60,000 bases of DNA from Lytechinus pictus (lineage: Eukaryota). Position numbers and translations under genes: made by a program. Each line of letters starts with the position of its first letter. Within the stretch, counting starts at the first letter, position 1. The DNA is taken from NCBI RefSeq assembly GCF_037042905.1, contig NC_087245.1:41418001-41478000 (forward strand). The letters are read 5' to 3'. The notes below the pieces were generated by a model. It ran no database searches. It was not told the DNA's origin and saw only the letters and a list, made by a program, of their open reading frames with translations. Of the stretch, positions 11,001 through 22,192 are shown in pieces.

Positions 11001-13106
11001 AAAACATGCATCAAATAATGTATTGGAGCGATTATAAGGTAATGACCTTTGACCTTTACTTCGACCCCCGGACAAATAATTCTTAAACATGATTTTCGTG
11101 TATGTTGATTATTAGTATAATATTGACAAAATATGTTAAAACCAATGACGATATTTTATTTCTTCACCTTTTAAAACTCTTCCAAAGATACCAAATTATC
11201 TGATCTGAAATTTCACCCTAGTCCCACATACTGATATTCATGTTAGAAAAGCGTTTACCAGTCCCATGATACATGATTTCTTCCAATTTTAGTTACACTT
11301 ACAGTATGCAAACAGATGAAAAGAACTAAGCTCATGATTTAACAAATGAAACATTAAACATTTATGCTCATGAATAGGTATCTGTTTAGGTATTTTGATG
11401 TTGGGCAATATATAATAACTCAGTCATAATTAGAAAACTGCTGGGAACTGCAATATCTGTTTTCTAGTAAGCTGTACTCCCCCAAAGTGGGAAATGGTAA
11501 TCTCAACACACACACAAATAAGGGTTTGCAATTTATCTCTAAATCATTATTTAAAATGATCATATAAACTTGCCCTTACAACTGTACTGTCAGAAGTCCC
11601 TGAATTTTCTCTTTCCATACATCCCAAAGGCCAAACATTAGTTAGAAATGAATTCAGATCGCAATTCAGCAGCCTAAATTTCCCGAAAAAATGTGCCATA
11701 TTTTCCCCTAAATCAGCCTGTTTTGCTGACACTTTTCAGTGTGGCTTCAGTTCAGACACCCTACTCTTTTGTTTTTTTTGAAATATTCAGTTGGATATAT
11801 TGTAGTCTTCTTACTCTTAGACTCTATAAGACTATATTCTGAAGGAGTGAAGGTCGACTTTATCGTGATATTACTTAGCTAGTCACCTCTCTTCTCGTGT
11901 GCGTGCACTCGGTGTGTACTACAAGGTCAATGGGAGTTGAAAGAAGTCACCAGCGCTGACAAAATGAACGGCAGTGAATGAACTGGTGGGTGTTTCATAA
12001 AGCTGTTCGTAAGTTAGAGGGACTTTAAGTTTAAGAACGACTGGCGATCCTTTCTTGTAATTGGTAGGCCCTATCACCAGTAGAGGCGCACGGCCAATAT
12101 GGGAGACTCTCTCCAATAGGGGAGACAATCTCCCACATTATTTGGAGACTTGCTTTGCAAAAGGACAACAGAAACAACACTAACAAAAGCATGATTTTTT
12201 CCACCCAAAATTTTGTCTCACTGAGGTCAGAAGCCCATTTCTTTGTTTTGTGTGTGATTAACAACAAAAATCCTTATCAAAACAAAAGTAGACGGTGAAT
12301 ATTTAAAGTAGACGGTGAAAAGGGGTAATTTTTCATGAGGAATCTGCTTATCACATTTTTATTTGCCGCCAAGGTAATCCTTTTGCAGCAAATGTAAACA
12401 AAGGAAATTGGACTCCAAAACTGGAGACTGTCTTACAAAAGTCTCTGATATTGGACTCTTGGAGTTGGAGATAATCTCCCACATTGGAGACAGTCTCCAA
12501 TATTGGCCGTGCGCCTCTACTGATCACCATTAAATATTCATTGGTGATTATCAAATGCGTAAGATATGATCACCACTAGACACCAGTCGTTCGTGAAGTC
12601 GCTCTTAACTTACATTACAAACAGCTTTTTTTTTAGGCCCCTAATCATTCATAGACATTGTTAATGACGACTGACGTTAATGTTATTGACTTTGTGTAGG
12701 ACAAAACTAAAAAGTCATAAGTCACAACCATGATGAACGTCAACGAGCGCACACACACGAGAAGAGGTGACTTATTTCAGGATAAGGCCCATCATTATGC
12801 ATCATATCATAATATCATAATAAAGTGAAATGCCTGCCCATGACCATGTACCGTACGCGACCGTACACACACTGCATCGTTCTTGGGTTCCGTACGGGTG
12901 CTCTTCGGCCTAAGCTAATTCATTGGTGTGAACATGTAACACAAAATTTAGAAAAAATAGTTCAACATCAATGGAAATATTTTGAGTGCATTGATCATGA
13001 TCATTTCAAGCATAAGAACCAACGGTACAATCTGTAAAATAATAAAGGATTAACTGGATTTGAGGAGATTGTTCAAGGGAATACTCTTTTCGTACCTATC
13101 TGCCAT
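1842..13106 (-). CDS. RPL7: 60S ribosomal protein L7 (uL30), complete 6-exon gene, 247 aa
   Basis: Exons 13096-13106, 9410-9515, 8805-8971, 6905-7042, 4117-4229 and 1842-2050. All junctions are GT-AG and phase-consistent (744 nt). Translation: [21 protein letters not shown]...[72 protein letters not shown]...[11 protein letters not shown]...[19 protein letters not shown]. Confidence 0.98.
2150..2556. repeat. Isolated tandem units of the HINE-like array
   Basis: About 3 units of AAAGTTCATTGACCC-AAATGACCTTTGACCTTGGTCATGTGACCTGAAACT. Confidence 0.8.
2702..2871 (+). mobile_element. tRNA-derived SINE (head and core)
   Basis: A-box-like TGGCGATATGG, B box GGTTCGATCCC, followed by GAGCAAGGCATTTAA core-like sequence. 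Confidence 0.65.
2872..3895. mobile_element. Non-autonomous TIR transposon (hAT/P-like) inserted into a SINE
   Basis: TIR CAAGGCTC(G/C)ACATTA, GGTGGCCC subterminal repeats, flanking direct repeat CACTAGG. Confidence 0.8.
4117..4229 (-). CDS. RPL7: RPL7 exon 5
   Basis: ttgcag|[37 protein letters not shown]|gtaagt. Confidence 0.97.
5168..6300. mobile_element. Helentron/HINE-like non-autonomous element with an internal ~162-bp tandem array
   Basis: 13-bp subterminal inverted repeat GTCTCACCTGCAT/ATGCAGGTGAGAC, terminal hairpin, about 5 tandem units. Confidence 0.7.
6905..7042 (-). CDS. RPL7: RPL7 exon 4
   Basis: taaag|[25 protein letters not shown]...VEPYIAWG|gtaagt. Confidence 0.97.
7205..7796. 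mobile_element. Kolobok-like MITE family B
   Basis: TTAA-AGGAGAAT...ATTCTCCT-TTAA; near-identical inverted copy at 53741-54332. Confidence 0.85.
7919..8555. mobile_element. piggyBac-like MITE
   Basis: TTAA-CCCT...AGGG-TTAA termini. Confidence 0.7.
8656..8770 (-). ncRNA. Candidate intronic box H/ACA snoRNA in RPL7 intron 3
   Basis: Sense to the host gene. Hairpin 1 (AAGTGT...ACACTT lower stem, internal pocket, GGCTT...AGGCC upper stem), H box ATATAA (ANANNA), hairpin 2 (GTGCA...GTTAGT-AAT-ACTAAC...TGTGC), then ACA plus 3 nt; about 115 nt. Confidence 0.55.
8805..8971 (-). CDS. RPL7: RPL7 exon 3
   Basis: ttacag|[20 protein letters not shown]...[19 protein letters not shown]|gtgagt. Confidence 0.97.
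9410..9515 (-). CDS. RPL7: RPL7 exon 2
   Basis: ttatag|..[35 protein letters not shown]|gtgaaa. Confidence 0.95.
9841..10257. mobile_element. MITE with CAGTAGAGGCGCACGGCCAATA TIRs
   Basis: TIRs, TTGGAGA-TCTCCAA palindromic subrepeats, flanking direct repeat ATCTACA. Confidence 0.75.
12078..12522. mobile_element. Same MITE, inverted copy, nested in another palindromic MITE (about 11990-12630)
   Basis: Perfect TIRs CAGTAGAGGCGCACGGCCAATAT; flanking direct repeat ATCAC. Confidence 0.8.
13096..13106 (-). CDS. RPL7: RPL7 exon 1 (coding part)
   Basis: CCAAC-ATG GCA GAT AG|GTACG, just downstream of a TCT/TOP motif; phase 2 fits exon 2. Confidence 0.85.
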
Positions 13107-13118
13107 GTTGGACCAAGT

Positions 13119-13128
13119 CGAAAAGGAC
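13119..13128 (-). promoter_or_regulatory. TCT initiator / 5' terminal oligopyrimidine (TOP) start of RPL7
   Basis: Minus strand reads gtCCTTTTCG about 20 nt upstream of the ATG, typical of ribosomal protein gene start sites. Confidence 0.75.
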
Positions 13129-13208
13129 TCTATTCATTGGGTAAATTTTGTACTTAGGTGGCGCTATTTTTTCCCCAACAACCATGTTTAACAGTCATGG
13201 CATCATGG

Positions 13209-13735
13209 ACAGTGCGTATCAAAAAAAAGTTTACACTTTGAAAAAATCCTGTAAAATTATACATTTGTAATATCCTGAAGATTTTTCCACATTTTAACAT
13301 TGGTACAGATCCATTTAAGCAAATGACGATATAACTGTCGAAAAATATTTCTGCTTGAGTGAGCACCACTTACTTTTGAAAAATTAGTGAAAAATGATTT
13401 GCCAGAACTTTGAAATAGTTATGCGAATAAAAGTAGACCTTAATCATGAAGAACACGTGGAATTTAGCTAGTAAAATTGATTTGAAGATATCTTTTACCA
13501 TTCTTGACTTGTTTCTTTGCCCAAAACACTTCAAAAAGTGCATTTCAACCCACCCCACACACCGAGGCCATCGTGACGATATTTGCTTTACACTGAGCTG
13601 TGATTTACATGAAATGGCTTAGGCTTGATTTTCATTTTGTTAATCATTGTCAAGCTTGGGAAAAGTGTGGAGCACTAGCGTACCTACGGGGGGGGCAGGG
13701 GGGGCACTCTGCCCCCCCTGACGAGATTTTGAAGA

Positions 13736-13778
<43 letters not shown>

Positions 13779-13890
13779 TGTCAAATTTTTTCTGGTACGA
13801 AAATCTTTATTTTGTATTGATGACCCCTTTTTTTTTTTTTTGCTTGACAAATTTTTTCTGGTACGAAAATCTTTATTTTGTATTGATGAC

Positions 13891-13933
<43 letters not shown>

Positions 13934-14245
13934 TGTCAAATTTTTGGGCGGCCAATTTTGCCCCCCCTGTGAAAAATCCTAGGTACGCCACTGGTGTGGA
14001 GAAACAAGTATTAAATGAAAAATGAAATGTAAACCCACTTTAAATGATAAAAACTTAGTGAAAAAAAATGCAAGCGTGCAGCCCCAACCAAAATTGTTAT
14101 TGTTGTAATTATATTACCTAAAAGTTGTTCTCTACCCTTTTCCTGTCCCTGGTCAGCCCAGTCCGTCCTCACTATCGGTACAGAGAGCTTTGAAAGTCGC
14201 ATTGCGTAAAAATCACAATTTACCGATAAAAGTGTACAGTTTAAT
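13209..14245. mobile_element. Tc1/mariner-like non-autonomous fragment, interrupted by a hAT MITE
   Basis: Starts with the TIR-like end CAGTGCGTATCAAAAAAAAGTTTACAC; the right end is not intact. Confidence 0.5.
13673..13993. mobile_element. hAT-like MITE
   Basis: TIR CACTAGCGTACCT/AGGTACGCCACTG; 8-bp TSD GTGTGGAG; internal poly-T tracts. Confidence 0.85.
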
Positions 14246-15172
14246 TGACATATACCGACCAAGATGGTGAAACTAAAAACCGAATCAGTTGGAACAGCCC
14301 TGTGTGCCCGACAGTTTATCATTTTTTTCCGACATACTGCAGTCCAGTTTTTGTTTCCCCTTTCGCTTATACTATTCCTTCTTTTTCCCCTTCCCCCTTT
14401 TTTCTCTCTTTCCTTTTTTCCTCTTTTCTTTCCCTTTTTCGCTTCCTTTTTTTTTGCTTGTGACTCGTCAGGGGGGGCAGTCTGCCCCCCTGCCCTCCCC
14501 CCCCCCTCAGGTACGCTAGTGGTTGGAGGACTGAAAAGCTCAAATTTTGAGGTCTCCCAACGAATAATGTGGATTAAACGTGTGCTAGACGGAGAGCCAA
14601 AGTTCGGGTTGGAAAGCAACCTTCGAATATTTTTTATTAGTTCTTTGGGTGGTCGAATCATACTTCTGTATAATTATGATACCAGTAAAATGAATTTGAA
14701 AGGTATACCATTATTTTACATAGAAATGCTGAAGGCATGGTACGAATTGGATAAATGTAGACATTTGGAGGGAAAAGTAATACCATTATTTTTAATAACA
14801 AGCGTATATGCCTCAATAATAAGACCTTTTTTTATAATGAATTATTTCAGAAAGGTATAGTTAAGGTCTCGGATATAATAGTTGGAGGTCAATTAAGACC
14901 AGTTTCATATTGGTATAATCTGAAATTTTCATCTGAAAACTTGCTCAGAATTCAAATTTTTTTAGTAATAACAAAAGAGTGGATACAGGTGATTGTATGG
15001 AAGTGGATACAGACAACTTTAAAATTGAATTGATGATATTTGGGCATGTTCAGAAACTATGTAATATAAAATCTAGACGAATATATGACCACTAATTGAA
15101 AAATGTCAAAATGATTATGTATTTCATGTTACAGATGGGCAATCCGAATATGATCTGGGAATGGGGGAATTG

Positions 15173-15480
15173 CACTAGCGTACCTAAGGGGGGGGGGGCA
15201 GGGTGAGCAGACTGCCCCCCTGACGAGTCACAACTCATGCAGGGGACGTATCCCTGCCCCCCTGACGAGTCACAACTGATACAGGGGACGTGCCCCCCCC
15301 CCCTTTTGAATCTGAAGACCCTTTTTTTTGCTTGTCAAATTTTTTCTGGTCAGGAATCCCTTTTTTTGGTTGAAGACGTTTTTTTTTTTTTTTTTTTTTT
15401 TTGCATGTCAAATTTTTTCGCGGACGAAATATCCTCCTAAAAATTTGCCCCCCTTCTGGAAAATCCTAGGTAAGCCAGTG
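15173..15480. mobile_element. hAT-like MITE (same family) inserted in the LINE
   Basis: 8-bp TSD GGGAATTG. Confidence 0.85.
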
Positions 15481-15887
15481 GGGAATTGAAAGAAGTATTT
15501 CTGAGACTGAAATGTGCAATGCTATGCAATAAACACAGAGAATTTCGATACAAACAATTACAGGGGGCTGCATACAAGAAAAGGGAACTTTTTTAATTTG
15601 GCTTTGAGATAGATCATTAATTTTTGTTCCTTTTGTAAAAAAGAAGTTGAGTCTTACCAACACTAAGTTTTCTATTGTCCTGAAGTTAAGCGATTATGGG
15701 AAGAGATGAGTAAAATATTTCAAGTGAGTGAACTTGGCAGTGATAGTTGGAAAACAATTTTCATGGGGATATCTGGAAATACCACAAAAGTATCTTTAAT
15801 AAATTGTATTATAATCTTAATTAAGCATATTATTCTTAGTTCAAGAAAACAGGGAATATTACCAAATATAGAAAGTGACACATTTGG

Positions 15888-16502
15888 TTAAAGGACAAGT
15901 CCACACCACTTAAAAGTTTATTTGAATAAAGAGAGAAAAATCCAACAAACATAACACTGAAAATTTCATCAAAATCGGATGTAAAATAAGAAAGTTATAT
16001 ATGACACTTTAAAGTTTTGCTTAATTTCACAAAACAGTTATATGTACATCCTGGTCGGTATGCAAATGAGGAGACTGATGACATCATCCACTCATTATTT
16101 CTTTTGTATTTTATTATATGAAATATGAAATATTCTAATTTTCTCCTCATTGTCAAGTGAAACAACAATAATTCCTCCCTGAACGTATGGAATTAGCATT
16201 GTTTAATACTATATGGTTCAGTCAAGTTGGTCCATCTTGTCAAATTTGGTAAAAATGAAATATTGTATAATTCAAACAATAAAAAACAAAAGATATAGTG
16301 AGTGAGGGACATCATCGACTGTCTCATTTGCTTGTCATTGAGTTGTGCATATCACTGTTTTTTTGAAAAATAAGCGAAACCTTTAAATGTCATAACTTTC
16401 TTATTTTACATCCGATTTTGATGAAATTTTCAGCGTTACGCTAGTTTGATTTTTCTCTATTTATTCAAATCAACATTTTCCTGTGGTGGACTTGACCTTT
16501 AA
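15888..16502. mobile_element. Kolobok-like MITE family A, inserted in the LINE
   Basis: TTAA TSD and the same TIRs. Confidence 0.85.
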
Positions 16503-17182
16503 ATATAGAGATACGGAATGTCAAATAGCGTTTAAAAATGGGAAGCCCGGGGGGAAGCTGGGGGTGCACCTAAGAAAATGGGAACAAATCATGCATACCT
16601 TTCTTAATCGATGTATTGGTTGCTTCATTTTTGTTTTTTGTTCAAATACAGTTAGTTGTACCAGAGCAGGATGTATCATGTATGGGTGTACGTGTGTATA
16701 GATGGATGTGTGAGTTTTGACGGGGAAAGGGGGGGGGGGGGGGAGTTGTGGGTGGTGGTGAGTTTTGAAGTGAGCTTGTGTGAGAGTCTGGGGAGAGAGA
16801 TGAGGGGGAGGGGTTTGGGGTAAGGTCATGAGCTAGTGTGTATAGGGACGTTTTTAGGCTAACCTTCCTCTAATTAACCTTTAAAATCTTTTATTCAATT
16901 TGTTCTTGTACAATTATGTGCAAAAGAGATTATTTCTAATCTGTTCAGGGAAAAAAGGTAATCTTTTACAAAGTCTGTTTTTAATTTGTATATTGATATG
17001 TTTCTTTTTACATTGTTATGGACAGGGCCGTAGCTAGAGGGGGGGGGGGGTATGGGGGGGTGTGACACCCCCCCCCCCAACATTCATGGCAGTCGGCAAA
17101 ATCATGTACCAGTTGGCAAAATGGAGGATAGGGGAGAAAAAGAAAGGAGAGAGGGGGAGAGAAAGAAAAAAGGGGGGAGAGA

Positions 17183-17354
<172 letters not shown>

Positions 17355-17665
17355 AGGGAAGGAAAGAAAGAAAGAAAAAAAAAGGAAAGAAAAATAGGGG
17401 TACTAACTTCCAATAAGGTTACGACTTTTAGAGTAAAGACAACCAGTTGGCAAATCAAAGTCCATGTAGCCAGGCTTAGAGCCCTACTAGTCAGCAAAAT
17501 ATAAAGGACAAATTATACCACAATTATTGACGATTTAACAAACACATTAGTTTTGTAAAATTAGAGGCAAGACTAGGTAAATAAATATGGGGTGGGATGA
17601 ATTTCCAAGGTTTAAGTTGAATAATCAAAGCCAAAGTATAGTTGGCAAATTATAAAGTGGGCCTA

Positions 17666-18268
17666 TTAAAGGGGAATCCAGCCTTGGCCATAAAACGTTG
17701 TGTTGGGAAGGAGAAAAATAAATAAAACAGAATGGTGAAAATTTGAAAGAAATCGGACAAGCAATAAGAAAGTTATAGCTGCTTTAAAATTGGGATCACT
17801 AATAGTATGTAGATTTCAAATTGGCAACTGGGTAAGTAAATTATGACAAGAGGCAAGGACAACTTTCCCACAGGCCATGTACTTTATTATCAGGGATTTG
17901 TGGTTTTCTCCTAAGTACCCATTCCCCTGGGGCAGTAATCAAAATATAACCCAGGTAGTATATTGTTTAATGTCCTCATGAAAGAAAAATATAATTTGAA
18001 ATAAAACTTTTTGGAAAAATTACATTTTAGCCATAATATAAAGTGGAGTACATGGAAGACTAGTCCTTGCCTTACATCACTATGACATCCCATATGCGGC
18101 CAATTTGAAGTCTCCATGAGTATAGTGATTACCATTATTTACAACTTTTAAAAATTCATAACTTTCTTGTTGTGTGTCTAATATTGCTCAAACTTTCACC
18201 TATCAACTTGTCTGATTTTTCATTTTCTTATAAAAACAAGTTTTTATTTGGGTTGGATTCCCCTTTAA
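17666..18268. mobile_element. Kolobok-like MITE family C
   Basis: TTAA-AGGGGAATCCA...TGGATTCCCCT-TTAA. Confidence 0.8.
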
Positions 18269-18889
18269 AGTGGCAGAACACTATACGCTCTACCAGTCAG
18301 CAAAGTGATGTACAAGTACTGCCCCATTTCAGATCTGAAAAGAATAGAACACAAGACTTAAAAAAATGGTAACTCTGCACTTGGCAAATTCATGAAGACA
18401 AGTCTACAACTTGTAGACTTGTCTACAAGTTTGCAGTTGGCAAAAAACACAAAAATGTTCTAAGTTATTTTTACTAAATTCTGTCGCCGAAGATTTTTTT
18501 ATTTTATTTATGGTGTCAGAATGTGCTTGGGGTGGGGATGGGTGGGAGTGGGGGCAGGTTGGGGTTGCATCATTCCTGGTGCTCGCATTGTCTGACTAAT
18601 GAGATATATAATCTTGTTGTATTTTAAGTCCATAAAGATTATTCACCAAATTATCTCCTCGCACATCAAGTTATTATTGTTTTATGTAGTGATGCTTTTT
18701 TCATGACTATATACTTAAAGTGATTGCCCCCTTTTAGGCCTTAATAAAACATTTCCAGTCTGTGCTTACGTTCGCATTGGTGTGGACCGATATAGATACC
18801 GGGCTGGTGTTAAATCAACACCGGCGTTTTTGCAGTGCACGAATTCCTAAAGACAGTCCTTAAAATGTCCCTTTTTCTGAGCTAATTAT

Positions 18890-19417
18890 AACAAATTTTC
18901 AGCTCGCGCTTCGCGCTCGCATCACTTAATTAGTGAAATAGTAAATTCCTACAAACAAGCCATAGAATGCCCCTCTTCAGGTCTGAATTTCAAAAAATGT
19001 CAGCTCGCGCTTCTCGCTCGCAATATTTCATTAGTGAAATACGTATCATGTTCAAAAATTGTCAGCAAGCGCTTGGCGCTCGCATTAGATGAGTATGATG
19101 AGATACGTACGTACGCACTTCATAAATTCCAAAAGGTAGTCCTTAAAATGTTTCTTTTTAGGGTTAAGTTATGCAAAAAATTTCAGCTCGCACTTCGCGC
19201 TCGCATTGTTTGTTTTGTGAGACAGGTACGTATCATGATTACAAAACTTTGCTTATAATGTCCCTTTTTAGGACTGAATATCGAACATTTTCAGCTCGCG
19301 CTTCGCGCTCGCATTATTTGATCACCAAGATACATATCCGTTTAATGGCACAGTCCTTAAAATGTCTCTATTAGGTCAGTATACCTGGCAATTGAGTGGC
19401 TTCGCGTGCCCACTTAA
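18890..19417. repeat. Dispersed-tandem TTTCAGCTCGCGCTTCGCGCTCGCA repeats ending in a GGTACGCCACTG hAT-like terminus
   Basis: 4-5 copies about 100-170 bp apart. Confidence 0.7.
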
Positions 19418-20059
19418 TGACTCTAAATTTTTGCTGGTGCCCCCCCCCCAAATGCCGTGACCCACGGTACGCCACTGTTAGCATGGAGTAGTAAAGGTCA
19501 ATTAAAAATGAACAAATCTTTGATTTTGATATTATTAATTCATATAGGGTATATCATCATACTGCAAGTTTGCAACTACGGCACACTAGCCTTTCTATTT
19601 TGATCCAAAATGTTTATTTTTACAGTGCAAATATCTTTGTATATCTTTGTATAATTTACCATAAAGTATTCACAAAATGCCACTAAATCTAAAAATTCAA
19701 AATCTTTTAGCATGTGATTATTGTAGGGGGGGGGGGGCACATCCCCCATCAGACTCCCCTGTGCTCACGTTGGCGCTGTCACGCCAAATTTAGTTGGCAA
19801 ATTTAGCTGGTACACCCCCCCCCAACAAAATGCTTCTGGCTACGGCCCTGGTTATGGAAGATAAATATTATTGGGCAGTTAACTTCATTTGTAATAATTC
19901 TGAAAATTTGTAATTGATATTGATATATTTATTTGTTTCGTATATAAAATCTTGATTTATATGAATTGTGATTGTAAACTTATTGATTTGAAAGAGAAGG
20001 AAAATAAAATAGGGCCTATTATTTTAAAAAAAATCTTTACCTTGCAATCGAAGTACTAA

Positions 20060-21553
20060 CCCAGGACCAAAATCCAATTGAAACCAGTTGGATTTCCAAC
20101 TGGTTACAATTGGTTTCAATTGGTTTTAACTGGTTTCAATTGGTTTTAACTGGAATTTAACAATTTCCAGTTGAAACCAATTGAAACCAGTTGGGCAACT
20201 GGAAATCCTAACTGGAACCAGTTGGGTAACTGGAAATGACTTCCAATTGGAAATGAAGTTCTAACTGGAACCAGTTGAGTAACTGGAAATCCCAACTGGA
20301 ACCAGTTGGGCAACTGGAAATCCTAACTGGAACCAGTTGGGCAACTGGAAATCCTAACTGGAACCAGTTGGGTAACTGGAAATGACTTCCAATTGGAAAT
20401 GATTTCTAACTGGAACCAGTTGAGTAACTGGAAATCCCAACTGGAACCAGTTGGGCAACTGGAAATCCTAACTGGAACCAGTTGGGTAACTGGAAATGAC
20501 TTCCAACTGGAAATTATTTCTAACTGGAACCAGTTGGGTAACTGGAAATCCTAACTTGAACCATGTTGTTGTGTAACTGGAAATCCTAACTGGTACCAAT
20601 TGGGTAACTGGAGATGACTTCTAACTGGAAAGATAGGTAACTGGAAATGAATTCTAATTGGAACCAGTTGGGTAACTAGAAATAAAACTGGAACCAGTTG
20701 GGTAACTGGAAATGATTTCCAATTGGTTTCCAATTGGAAATTTTCCAGATTTTCCAGTTACCCAACTGGATCCAATTGAAACCAGTTAATTTGCATATTA
20801 TCTGCCAGTGTGCACAGATTAATGTTTTATGAGATTCATCATCATTAACAATGTATCTATTTAATTCTTTTCAATTTCAAGTGCCACACTTTTTAAAGAT
20901 AAGTATTTAGAATACTTAGCAGTGAAAACCATGTTCATAAATGTTATAGATTATAATTAAAACAGATTAAAGGATAATTAGTACACCACTAACTGTTACC
21001 AAATTACATCAAATAAAAATACATATATTTGAAGATCTTCCATACAATATATACATATGAAAGTCTGTATTTTATCAATGCCCTTTACATTGGTATTAAT
21101 AGACATATAATACTGCTTCTGTGTTGGCATATGAGCAATAGTTAGTGCAAATGCTAATTAATTTGTAACTAATTAAGTTCATTCCAATTAGTTCCAATTG
21201 GATCCAGTTGGAAACCAATTGGTTTCAACTGGTTCCAGTTGAAACCAGTTGCCTCCAATTGGTTTCAACTGGAACCAATTGAAACCAGTTGCCTCCATTG
21301 GATTCAATTGGTTTTAATAGGGAAATTGGAACAACTGGAACCAATTGCCAACTGGTTCCAGTTGCCCAATTGGTTTTAACTGGAACCAATTGGCAACTGG
21401 TTTTCAATTGGAACCAATTGGTTTTAACTGGAACCAATTGGCAACTGGTTTTCAATTGGAACCAGTTGTTCCAATTTCCCTATTGAAACCAGTTGGCCAA
21501 CTGGTTTCAATTGGTTTTGCCCTAATTGGTTTTAACTGGATTTTGGTCCTGGG
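20060..21553. mobile_element. EnSpm/CACTA-like non-autonomous element with dense AACTGG/CCAGTT subterminal arrays
   Basis: TIR CCCAGGACCAAAATCCA/TGGATTTTGGTCCTGGG; 2-bp TSD AA; arrays at 20075-20790 and 21180-21540. Confidence 0.8.
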
Positions 21554-22083
21554 AAGTTATAATGGATTGAAAGTGTGTACAACCGAATTGAAGGGGGGGG
21601 GGGGGTAATATTTTTATGGACACGGGTCTTATACCCCCCAAAAGTACTATTTGAATTTAGCTTGGATATCAGCAAAAATAAAACAAAAGCAATGAAAATG
21701 CGCGAGTACAGCACGATCGACAGCTGAATTTATATTTATTTCCATTTTATTTCATTTATTATCATTATTATAATAATTATTATCATTATGATTGTTGTTA
21801 TTATTATTATCATTATCATTATTATATTTTAGTATTTTTATTATGATGATGGTGATTATTATTTTTTTGAGGGGGGGGGGTGTAATTCCACAATTACTTA
21901 CGTACCATTTGTTGGAACAATTTAATTCTTCCATATGGAGTTCCGAGATACTGATAGTGATACATCGCGCGCATATCATAGAGTTGAGTCATATGTAGGT
22001 GCAACATGGTGGCCGCGGAACTGGAATTGTGCAGCAGACGACGTTTTCTTTCAATTGGCTTAGCCTTGCCTTTGGGACGTGTT

Positions 22084-22192
22084 ATGGTTAGCTACATGTA
22101 TATCTTTTTCACGTTCCTGATCTTTCTACTGTCCACGCAGACAGGAGGTCTTGCAACAGGCGAAGTTCAATACGGAAATGAGTTCAATAATG
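22084..22192 (+). CDS. CULT protein exon 1 (signal peptide)
   Basis: MVSYMYIFFTFLIFLLSTQTGGLATGEVQYGNEFNN|gtgaga; phase 1 fits exon 2. Confidence 0.8.

Noticed and set aside
15215..15435. Hammerhead-like CTGACGA-GTC...GAC-GAAA in a hAT MITE; also CTGATGA near 38950
   Set aside because: Stem I cannot be formed in the first case and the GAAA core is broken in the second
20075..21540. CRISPR-like regular repeats
   Set aside because: No unique spacers and no cas genes, eukaryotic context, and the arrays are bounded by transposon TIRs
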